64,000 nt of DNA, taken from assembly GCA_965237415.1 (NCBI GenBank), contig CBDEFM010000002.1:1760001-1824000 (forward strand). The letters are read 5' to 3'. This DNA is from Alphaproteobacteria bacterium. Its GTDB lineage: Bacteria; Pseudomonadota; Alphaproteobacteria; UBA828. Position numbers and translations under genes: made by a program. This document shows, piece by piece, positions 1-7,755 of the stretch (positions are counted from its first letter, which is position 1; every line of letters begins with the position of its first letter). The notes under the pieces were generated by a model. The model saw nothing but the letters and a program-made list of their open reading frames with translations. It made no database searches and was not told the DNA's origin.

Positions 1-517
1 GGCCCTGATCGGGCAGCACGATCAGCAGCACGCCGCCCGCGCCGAGAGCCAATCCCGCGAGGCTCAGCGCCTCGAAGCGCTCCAGCCGCATGGCAAAGGA
101 CATCAGATACGTGAGCCCCGGCACCAGGGTGAGCACAAGGGTGACAACGCCGGCCGGAAGCTCGCGCGCGGCAATGGCGGTCGCCAGCACCGGCAGCATC
201 ACCGCCAGCAAGGCGAGGCGGAGGTATTGCAGGAGGTGCGCGCGGCTCACCGGCGGCAGCGTGCCGGCGACGGCGCCCACGATCAGCAGCGCGAGGCCGG
301 CGAAGAGCGCGATCCAGAAGGTATAGGCGAAGACCGGGAAGGAAACGCCGGCGGCGAGCTTGTTGGCCGAGAAGATGCCGCCATACGAAATGCCGCCGAG
401 GAGCAGCAGCAATGTCGGGACGATGAGCGCGCGCCCGCGCAGGCGCTCCCCGCCGGCCGCGTCAGTTGCCGGGGCGCCGCCGCTGGCCGTTTTCTCTTCT
501 CGCGGTGCCGCCGGCAT
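1..517 (-). CDS. EamA/DMT family transporter (3' end outside window)
   Basis: Manual minus-strand translation from ATG 517 gives serial hydrophobic helices (LLLLGGISYGGIFSANKLA...LPAGVVTLVLTLVPGLTYLMSFAMRLERF); not in ORF track. Confidence 0.8.
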   Translation of the reverse strand, partial: MPAAPREEKTASGGAPATDAAGGERLRGRALIVPTLLLLLGGISYGGIFSANKLAAGVSFPVFAYTFWIALFAGLALLIVGAVAGTLPPVSRAHLLQYLRLALLAVMLPVLATAIAARELPAGVVTLVLTLVPGLTYLMSFAMRLERFEALSLAGLALGAGGVLLIVLPDQG

Positions 518-601
518 CGCCGTCACGGTAGCGGCGGGATGTGGGCGAGGTCCAGTGCCGGCGGCGCAATGCCGCCGACGTTCCGCTGCGTCAGCGGGAC
601 T

Positions 602-1747
602 CTACAAACACGCCTCCAGCAGCTTCCGCGTGTTCTCCTTAGTCATGGGCACCGGGTTTCCGCCGGCCGTCGGATCGCCCAGCGCCATGACGGTGAGGTC
701 GTCCAGGCGGTCTTGCGTCACTCCCATCGCGCCGAGAGTCTTGGGGATGCCCAAGGTCTCGCGCAACTCCAACACCCGGTCGTAGAAGGCCGTGTAGCCG
801 CCCTTGAGGCCGAGATAGGCGGCGGCATGCGTGAGGCGCTCTTCCACCGCCGGCCGGTTCATGTCGAGCACGTAGGGCATGACGCAGGCGTTCGTCGTGC
901 CGTGGTGGGTGTCAAACACCGCACCCACCGGGTGGCTCAGAGCATGGATCGCGCCGAGGCCCTTCTGGAATGCCGTGGCCCCCATGGAGGCAGCGGCCAT
1001 CATGTGGGCGCGCGCCTCCAGATCGTTGCCGTCGGCGTAGGCGCGGCAGAGGTTCTCATGCACGAGGCGCATCCCCTCCAGCGCGATGCCCTGCCCCATG
1101 GGGTGATAGAAGGGCGAACAGTAGGCCTCCAGGCAGTGGGCCAGGGCGTCCATCCCCGTGCCTGCCGTGATCGGCTTCGGCATGCCGACGGTGAGCTCGG
1201 GGTCGGCGATCACCACCGTCGGCAGCACCTTGGGGTGGAAGATGATCTTCTTCACATGCGTGGCGGAGTTGGTGATGACGCTGGCGCGGCCGACCTCCGA
1301 CCCGGTGCCGGCGGTGGTGGGGACGGCGACCGTGGGCGCGATGGCGTCCGCATCGGCGCGGGTCCACCAGTCGCCCACGTCCTCGAAGTCCCAGACCGGG
1401 CGGGTCTGGCCGGCCATGAAGGCAACCATCTTGCCGAGGTCGAGCGCCGACCCGCCGCCGAAGGCAACGACGCCGTCATGATCGCCCGCCCGGTAGGCGG
1501 CAACGCCGGCATCGAGGTTCTTCTCGGTGGGATTGGAGTCGACCTCGGCGAAGACGGCGCGGCCGAGCCCGCCCGCCTCCAGGATGTCGAGCGCGGCCTG
1601 CGTCATCGGTAGCTGGGCCAAGCCGCGGTCGGTCACGAGCAGGGGCCGCTGAATGTCGGCGGCGGCGCACGCGACGGGTAGTTCCGCGACGCGGCCCGCA
1701 CCGAAGCGGATGGCGGTGGGATAGGACCAGTTGGCGGTGAGCGTCAT
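602..1747 (-). CDS. Iron-containing alcohol dehydrogenase
   Basis: GGGSALD, VPTTAGTGSE, DALAHCLE, HALSH and HHG metal/NAD motifs. Confidence 0.93.
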   Translation of the reverse strand: MTLTANWSYPTAIRFGAGRVAELPVACAAADIQRPLLVTDRGLAQLPMTQAALDILEAGGLGRAVFAEVDSNPTEKNLDAGVAAYRAGDHDGVVAFGGGSALDLGKMVAFMAGQTRPVWDFEDVGDWWTRADADAIAPTVAVPTTAGTGSEVGRASVITNSATHVKKIIFHPKVLPTVVIADPELTVGMPKPITAGTGMDALAHCLEAYCSPFYHPMGQGIALEGMRLVHENLCRAYADGNDLEARAHMMAAASMGATAFQKGLGAIHALSHPVGAVFDTHHGTTNACVMPYVLDMNRPAVEERLTHAAAYLGLKGGYTAFYDRVLELRETLGIPKTLGAMGVTQDRLDDLTVMALGDPTAGGNPVPMTKENTRKLLEACL

Positions 1748-1887
1748 GGTGCGACCTTCCTGACGTGAAGGGGCTCGGGGCTAGACGTACACGGATCATC
1801 AGGCGTCCGACGAGGAACCTCCATACAGCGCCCGGGCGACGACGGCGAGGGGGAGTATGAGCCTGAGCGGACCCGAGTACGGTCCGC

Positions 1888-2232
1888 CTATTGGCCTATG
1901 GTTATCGGCTGGCGCCTTCTGCCCCAGCGGCCCGGCGGGCCGTCGAAGACCCCGGCGGTCTGTGTGCCGCATGCGGTACAGGCTCCTCGGCCATCGAGCC
2001 GCCAGTCGGAGAGCTTGTACCAGTCGCGGCCGATGGTGCGCGTGCCGCACACGTGGCAGTAGGTCGATTGCCGGCCGAGGTCGTGGACATTGCCGGTATA
2101 GGCGTAGCGCACGCCGTTCCGCAGCGCGACGCGCCGCGCCATCGCCAGCGTGTCTGCCGGGGTGCGCGGCTTGTCGAGCATCCGGTAGTCGGGATGAAAG
2201 GCGCTGAAGTGCATCGGCACGTGCGCGCCCTC
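1888..2232 (-). pseudogene. C-terminal remnant of AmmeMemoRadiSam-type (AmrS/PflA-like) radical SAM enzyme
   Basis: VPMHFSAFHPDY...YAYTGNVHD...STYCHVCG...CTACG...GRWGRRR; no CxxxCxxC N-terminal part; homology stops at the TIR starting 2233. Confidence 0.8.
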
Positions 2233-2300
2233 TAACCCGCACGTCTCGCCACGGTCGCGGCCTGGCTCCCCGTCCCACCTCGGGCAGAATTCAATCTTGA

Positions 2301-2340
2301 GGCGGGATTCGGTGGGATTAAGTGGGATAAGTGGGATTCC
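2301..2340 (+). repeat. ~10-bp tandem repeat (GGGATTAAGT-like) with four GGG tracts
   Basis: GGG at 2304, 2314, 2324, 2333; same array at 39757-39806. Confidence 0.9.
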
Positions 2341-2492
2341 GTGAGACAAGGTCGCCCGTGCCTGAGTCGCGCAAGCCCGAGTCGCCCGCGCCTGAAAGGT
2401 CGCGGGCGCGCCAGATAGGGTCGTGCACGCGGAATAGGATCCCGCAAGCACCCCCGTCGCGCTCGCCGCGGCCCGTTCGCTCTTGCGCTGTA

Positions 2493-2507
2493 TGGCACGG
2501 CAATTGC
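2493..2507 (+). promoter_or_regulatory. Consensus sigma54 -24/-12 motif
   Basis: TGGCACGGCAATTGC = TGGCACG-N4-TTGC, GG-N10-GC spacing. Confidence 0.55.
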
Positions 2508-2604
2508 GCCGGCGGCGCGCAGACCGCGGCCGCGGTGAGACATCCGGGCCCCACGATGAGCCGGGCGCGCGTGTTCGGTTGCGGCGGATGCGGAGCCCCC
2601 GGCC

Positions 2605-3570
2605 TCACCCCGGTCCGCTCCATTCCGCAGGGCAGAAGGGAGGGTCGGTCGGCCAGAGTCGGCCTTCCGCCTCGCGCCGTCTCAGCTCGGCATCGCGCGC
2701 CCCGTGCGCGTCCCATGCATCGTCTGCTTGCGCGCGTGGACGCGCGACGCGCACCCCACGCGCGTCCGCATCCTGCGCCCCGTCGGCGGTAGGCGGATCG
2801 GGCGCCGGCTTCGGCAGGGTGACGGGAGAGTCCTCGGCAGAGGCCGCGGCCCACCCGGATGCCGGCGGTGGCGGCTCTGTGCGCCCAGGGAAGACGTGCC
2901 CCTCGAGAGCCCGGCGGACGGTCTCGACCCGTTCGGCATGCGTCATACTGGCCGCGCGCGCGGCCGGTCCGGCGTGCGCGGCGGCGGCATCGGCCGCCGC
3001 CTGCTCGCGCTCGATGCGGAGCTTGTCCGCGCTTTCGATACGGTAGAGCGCGAGGGCGAGGCGGGCGAGGTCCTCCGTCGGCACAGGCTCCGTGCGCTGG
3101 CTGAGCTCGGCCATCGTGCGGAGCGCCAGCGTTCGCAGGGTCTCGATCGCGATGAGGGCGCTAAGCCCCTCGGCGCGGGGGTCGCGCGTGCGCTCCCATT
3201 CCTCGGCAAAGCGAACGGTCTCGCGCTGCAGGCAGATCAGGCCGTCCATGCGCTCGGCCCAGCGGCCCTCGGCGGGTCGCGCCCGCGCGCAGCGTCGTGC
3301 GCGCGGGATCAAATCCGAACTCTCGCCGTCGCCCGCGCGGACGCGCGCCACGATCTCGTCCATGGTGGCGCCGCCCTCGATCGCTGCGGCGACGGCGTCC
3401 TGGATTGCGGCCGGCAGCGGCTCGTCCGGCGAGCGCTCGCTCTCGCACTGCGTCGCGCGGATACGCGCGCGGGAAGATGATCGACGCATGGCGCAAGTCT
3501 GACGCGGACGCTGCGCACCATGCACCGCACCATGGTCCGGAGTCGCCCGCGCCCGAAGGGTCGGGGGCAC
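2605..3570 (-). CDS. DUF3486-like (Mu-like phage gp27) protein; start uncertain (GTG 3570 or ATG 3489)
   Basis: LPAAIQDAVAAAIEGGATMDEIVARV...IAIETLRTLAL...EDLARLALALYRIESADKLRIERE resembles DUF3486; frame and C-terminus conserved in second copy. Confidence 0.65.
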   Translation of the reverse strand: MPPTLRARATPDHGAVHGAQRPRQTCAMRRSSSRARIRATQCESERSPDEPLPAAIQDAVAAAIEGGATMDEIVARVRAGDGESSDLIPRARRCARARPAEGRWAERMDGLICLQRETVRFAEEWERTRDPRAEGLSALIAIETLRTLALRTMAELSQRTEPVPTEDLARLALALYRIESADKLRIEREQAAADAAAAHAGPAARAASMTHAERVETVRRALEGHVFPGRTEPPPPASGWAAASAEDSPVTLPKPAPDPPTADGAQDADARGVRVARPRAQADDAWDAHGARDAELRRREAEGRLWPTDPPFCPAEWSGPG

Positions 3571-3717
3571 AGCATAAAGAGTCGCGCGACCCTGAGTCGC
3601 ACGCGCCCGAAGGGTCGCGGGCGCGGAACCAAGGTCGTGCGCGCGGCGAATTAGGGTACGCGCGCGTCACATAATGTCGTGCGCGCGGAACGAGACAGTG
3701 GCAGGAATTCCGAGTTA

Positions 3718-3757
3718 GGGACGGCTGCCTCGGATCGCTGGAGGCAGCCGTCTCCCC
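3718..3757. terminator. GC-rich hairpin abutting element end
   Basis: GACGGCTGCCTC-N9-GAGGCAGCCGTC inverted repeat; no U-tract. Confidence 0.4.
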
Positions 3758-4159
3758 TCGCTGGGCCCGCGTACCGGTCGGGGCCCGGACCGTCGAAATT
3801 GCTTACCCTTGGAACGCGCGTTTCTCGGCGACGAAATCGATTGACGTGAAGTCCTGCAACCTGAAGGGGCCTCCCCCACAGGAGCCGAGGTCGTTCACGG
3901 TAGCCTCCCCTCGGCCCGCCCTGATCGTTGCTGTGCCAGGGCGCTGACCACGCGATGCCTGCCTCGCTCCGACGATTATTCTAAGGCCGCATTCTTTGGC
4001 GGCGCCCAACCACGCGGCCGACAGTGCCTCCCTGCGATAACCGCGTCCAATAAGGAATTCTCATAAAGGGCATAAGCGCCCCTTATGCCCGGGCGGCATG
4101 GAATTGGCGTGAGAGACGTGTCGGGAATGGGTGCGCAGTACGCCTGCCGGGTGCCCCGG

Positions 4160-5524
4160 CTAATCCTCGCGCAGGGAGCGGTAGAAGAAGTCCGTCACGG
4201 GCTTGACCAGGAAGCTCATGACCGAGCGCTCCTCGGTGCGGATATGGGCTTCCACCGGCATGCCGGGCGTCAGCACCAGATTGCCGGCCACTCGGTTCGA
4301 GCCGCGCGCGGCCCCGGTCTCTTCCGCGTTTCCCGCCGCCGGGCCGGTGCCGTCAGGCCCGTCCAGCGCAAGCTCGACCTCGTACCAGGAGACTCCGCTC
4401 TCCGCATCGCGTACCGCATCAGGCGAGACCCGCACCACGTGCCCGTCGAATTCCGGCGTCACGCGCGCGGGAAAGGCGGAGAAGCGGAGTTTCGCATCCT
4501 GCCCGGGATAGACCTGATCCACGTTGATCGGATTGAGCCGCGCCGTCACCACCAGCCCGGCATCCTCCGGCACGATCTGCAGGATCGGCTCGCCCGGCCT
4601 CACCACCTCCTGCGGCGCGAGTACCGTGAGCCCGAACACCTCGCCCGAGACCGGCGCCCGCACCTCCAGGCGGCCAAGGCTGCGTTGGACCGAGGCGAGA
4701 CGCTCCTTGACCTCGTTCTCCCGCGCCTGGATATCGCGCGCCTGCTCTTCCGCCTCCTCGATGCGCCGCGCGTCGATCTGGAGAATCTGAATCTTCAGCT
4801 CTGCAATCTTGCCGCGGGCGCGGGCGATGGAGGCGGCGATGGCGCCCGAGCGCCCCTCCAGGTCCGCGGCGGCGCGCTCGATGGCCATCAGCCGGTCGAG
4901 CCGCGTGAGCCCCTTGTCGAACAGCGTCCGTTGCGCCGCGAGTTCGCGGTCGATCAGCACGGCCTGATCCTTCAACGAGGCCGCCTGCGCTTCCAGACCC
5001 GCGATCTCCTCGCGCGCCTGCCCGATCCGCTCGCGAATCTGCGCCACCTCGCCGGCCCGCGCCGCCTCCCGCGCCCGGAACAGCCGCTCCTGGCCGTCGA
5101 GGATCTGTTGCACCTGCGGGTCCGCCGCCGCCATGGTCAGAAGCTCTTCGTCCCAGACGATGGCCTCCGCACTCAGGAACTCCGCCTCCAGCCGGTTTCG
5201 CCAGGCCGCGAGCTCGGCGAACTGCGCCTTGAGGATCGCTTCGTCCGATCGCATTTGCCCGTCGCTGAAGCGCAGCAGCACGTCGCCCCGAGTAACGCGG
5301 TCGCCGTCTCGCACCAGGATTTCGCTCACCGTGCCGCCGTCTATGTGCTCGACAACCTGATTGCCGCTTTCGACCTCCACGAGCCCCGCCGCGATCACCG
5401 CGCCCGAGATGGAGGCGAACATGCTCCAACCGAGGAAGCCGCCGAAAAGGACCGCCACGCCCCCGAACCCAAGCACCAGCGCCCTCCCGGCCGAGGAGCG
5501 CCCGTGGGCCGTTCGCGCCGTCAC
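4160..5524 (-). CDS. HlyD-family type I secretion periplasmic adaptor (PrtE-like)
   Basis: N-terminal TM, VVEHIDGGTVSEILVRDGD, coiled coil, LTPGMPVEAHIRTEERS; GTG overlaps upstream TGA. Confidence 0.92.
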   Translation of the reverse strand: MTARTAHGRSSAGRALVLGFGGVAVLFGGFLGWSMFASISGAVIAAGLVEVESGNQVVEHIDGGTVSEILVRDGDRVTRGDVLLRFSDGQMRSDEAILKAQFAELAAWRNRLEAEFLSAEAIVWDEELLTMAAADPQVQQILDGQERLFRAREAARAGEVAQIRERIGQAREEIAGLEAQAASLKDQAVLIDRELAAQRTLFDKGLTRLDRLMAIERAAADLEGRSGAIAASIARARGKIAELKIQILQIDARRIEEAEEQARDIQARENEVKERLASVQRSLGRLEVRAPVSGEVFGLTVLAPQEVVRPGEPILQIVPEDAGLVVTARLNPINVDQVYPGQDAKLRFSAFPARVTPEFDGHVVRVSPDAVRDAESGVSWYEVELALDGPDGTGPAAGNAEETGAARGSNRVAGNLVLTPGMPVEAHIRTEERSVMSFLVKPVTDFFYRSLRED

Positions 5525-7353
5525 GGTGCGCTCTCCTGTGCGAGCCGGACGCCGCCGGCGACGATTTGCGCCTCGCGTCTGGGCACCGCAGGCCGGATCG
5601 TCTCGATCTCTTGCTGGGGAAGCGACACGACCTCTTCGTCGCGCGCCTGCCGCGCGCTCCGCTGCACGCCTGCCTGCAAACGACGCACCTGGGCCTCGCG
5701 GCGGCGCGCAGCAGGCACCGGACGCCCGGCCTCCATCACATACACCTGATCGCATTGGGCAAAGGCGCCGTGCCGGTGGGCCACGATCACCGCCGCGCCG
5801 CCGCGTGTCTTGTGCCCCTCCACCGCGCGGGCGAGCGCCATCGTCCCTTCGGCATCCAGGTTGGAGTCGGGCTCGTCCATGATCACCAGCACGGGCGAGC
5901 CGTAGAAGGCGCGGGCCAGCGCGATGCGCTGACGCTGCCCGCCGGAGAGCGCAGCGCCCCCAGCCGAGACCTGAAAGTCGTAGCCGCCGGGGAGTTTCAG
6001 GATCATCTCGTGCGCCCCGGTGCGCTTCGCCGCATCGACGACATCTTCGTCCCGGGCGGTGGGCGACATGCGGGCGATGTTCTCGGCCACGCTGCCCTCG
6101 AACAGCACCACCTCCTGCAGCAGATAGCCGATGTGCTGCCCCAGCGTTTGCCCGTACTGCTCGAGCTCCGCGCCATCGAGCCGCACCGAGCCGCCCGCCG
6201 GCCGCCAGACGCCGGCGAGCGCGCGGGCGAGGGTGGACTTGCCGGAGGCGGAAGGCCCCGCGATGCCCGCCGCCTGGCCGGGCTCGAGGCGGAACGATGC
6301 GCCGCGCACCGCCGGCACCTTCGCGCCGGGAGCCGCGACCGTGAGGCCCTGCGCCTCCAGGATCGCGCGGGGTGTAGGCAACGAAGTGCGCGCCTGCTCC
6401 GGCGGCGTCTGCTCCAGAAGCTCCGCCAGCGAGCGCCGCGCAGCCCGCACACGCTGCAGCTGCGGCCATTGCGCCACCGCCTGATCGATCGGCGCGAGCG
6501 CCCGGCCCAGCAGGATCGAGGCCGCGATCATCACCCCAAAACTCGCTTGGCCGTGGATCGCGAGCCAGGCACCCAGCCCCAGCATCATCGACTGGAGGAA
6601 GAGTCTCAGCGTCTTCGAGGTCACCAAGAAGAACCCGCCCCGATCGGAGACTGCGAGCGAGCGATCGAGCATTTCGTCCCTGAGCTCGCCCGACCGCGCG
6701 ATCACCGCGTCCTGCATGCCGAGCCCGGCCACGGTCTCGCTACCGGCCCGCATCTCCTCGACGAAGTGTGCGGAGCGGTTGTGCGCATCGCCGACCTCCC
6801 GCTGGAGCTTCGCCGTCCGCGCCTGGTTGAGCAGGGCGAGGAGAAGCAGCAGGGCACCAGAGAACACGGCCAGCACGCCCAGCATCCAGTGGAACATGAA
6901 GAGCACGCAGAGGAAGACCGGCGTCCACGGCGCGTCGAAGAACGCGAAGGGGCCTGAGCCGGAGAGGAAGCGCTGGATCGCCTCCAGATCGCGCACGCCG
7001 GTGGCCGGCCGCGCCCGCTCCGCAGGCACGATCGCGCGGATCAGGATCGCCCGCAGGACACGTGAATCGAGCCTCGCCTGGAGCCTGGCGCCGGCGCGGG
7101 CGAGCACCCGGCCGCGCGCGTGATCCAGAATGCCCATCATCAGGAAGAGGAAGGCCACGATGCCGATGAGCGTGACCAGGGTTGCCTCCGAGCGCGACGT
7201 CAGCACCCGGTCGTAGACCTGGAGCATGAAGAGCGGCCCGGTCAGCATCAAGATGTTGACGAAGATGCTGAAGAGGCCGACCGAAACGAAGAGGTGGCGG
7301 CTCTCGGACAGTGCCGCTCGAATCTCCCGATCGCCGTTTCGGCTTTCCGTCAT
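5521..7353 (-). CDS. Type I secretion ABC permease/ATPase (PrtD-like)
   Basis: LFMLQVYDRVL, GPSASGKST, LSGGQRQR, IMDEPDSNLD. Confidence 0.95.
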   Translation of the reverse strand: MTESRNGDREIRAALSESRHLFVSVGLFSIFVNILMLTGPLFMLQVYDRVLTSRSEATLVTLIGIVAFLFLMMGILDHARGRVLARAGARLQARLDSRVLRAILIRAIVPAERARPATGVRDLEAIQRFLSGSGPFAFFDAPWTPVFLCVLFMFHWMLGVLAVFSGALLLLLALLNQARTAKLQREVGDAHNRSAHFVEEMRAGSETVAGLGMQDAVIARSGELRDEMLDRSLAVSDRGGFFLVTSKTLRLFLQSMMLGLGAWLAIHGQASFGVMIAASILLGRALAPIDQAVAQWPQLQRVRAARRSLAELLEQTPPEQARTSLPTPRAILEAQGLTVAAPGAKVPAVRGASFRLEPGQAAGIAGPSASGKSTLARALAGVWRPAGGSVRLDGAELEQYGQTLGQHIGYLLQEVVLFEGSVAENIARMSPTARDEDVVDAAKRTGAHEMILKLPGGYDFQVSAGGAALSGGQRQRIALARAFYGSPVLVIMDEPDSNLDAEGTMALARAVEGHKTRGGAAVIVAHRHGAFAQCDQVYVMEAGRPVPAARRREAQVRRLQAGVQRSARQARDEEVVSLPQQEIETIRPAVPRREAQIVAGGVRLAQESAP

Positions 7354-7755
7354 CGCTCCGCTCTCCTACGAAGTCACCATCCGTATCGTCGTTCTCGGCG
7401 CTCCCGACCGATGTCTCTGCGCCGGTTCGCCCGGCTGATCGAGTGCTGTCCTGTTTAGAGTTGGCACCGGCGAGCGCGCCTTCAACGCCGGCTCCCGAAT
7501 TATAAAGTTATGGGTGACCAAATATGCTCTAACGGCAGTCCCAGGCCGGCCCGTTTCCTCAGTCGATGCAGTTCCTTGCCAATGAGGACTGTTGCTTCGC
7601 CTGTGCAAATGACCGCACATGCGGACAATTCGTGGCTGTGTCGCAATCGAGGGACAGACGCGCCTCGCGTCTCGTTGCGGCGGGGCCAGGGCATGAGCAG
7701 AATGGCCCGATCGGGCCGGAACGGGCCATTTCGGGTAGGGAACGGGGAGCCTCTC

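Larger units (their letters stand above)
2233..3717. mobile_element. Non-autonomous TIR element, composite copy 1 (MITE-like left module plus DUF3486-like cargo)
   Basis: Ends TAACCCGCACGTCTCGCCACGGTCGCGG and (rc) TAACTCGGAATTCCTGCCACTGTCTCG; collinear homology with 39698-40659 + 45426-45747; no transposase. Confidence 0.75.

Noticed and set aside
2360-3690. Repeated GC hairpins as a CRISPR array or REP/RAYT system
   Set aside because: Irregular spacing, no unique spacers of constant length, and no cas or HUH/RAYT gene.
3803-4009. Short ORF with AAKECGLRIIVGAR, reminiscent of the DnaE2 PHP domain
   Set aside because: About 14 residues of resemblance only, TTG start, no continuation; cannot be supported without a search.
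4050-4095. GGAATTCTCA core resembling the element TIR, next to a GGGCATAAG/CTTATGCCC hairpin
   Set aside because: Lacks the CCC start and distal GTCAYGG part, and has no partner end.
7461-7480. TGGCAC motifs at 7462, 42135 and 63808 as sigma54 promoters
   Set aside because: None has the TTGC -12 element at the required spacing.
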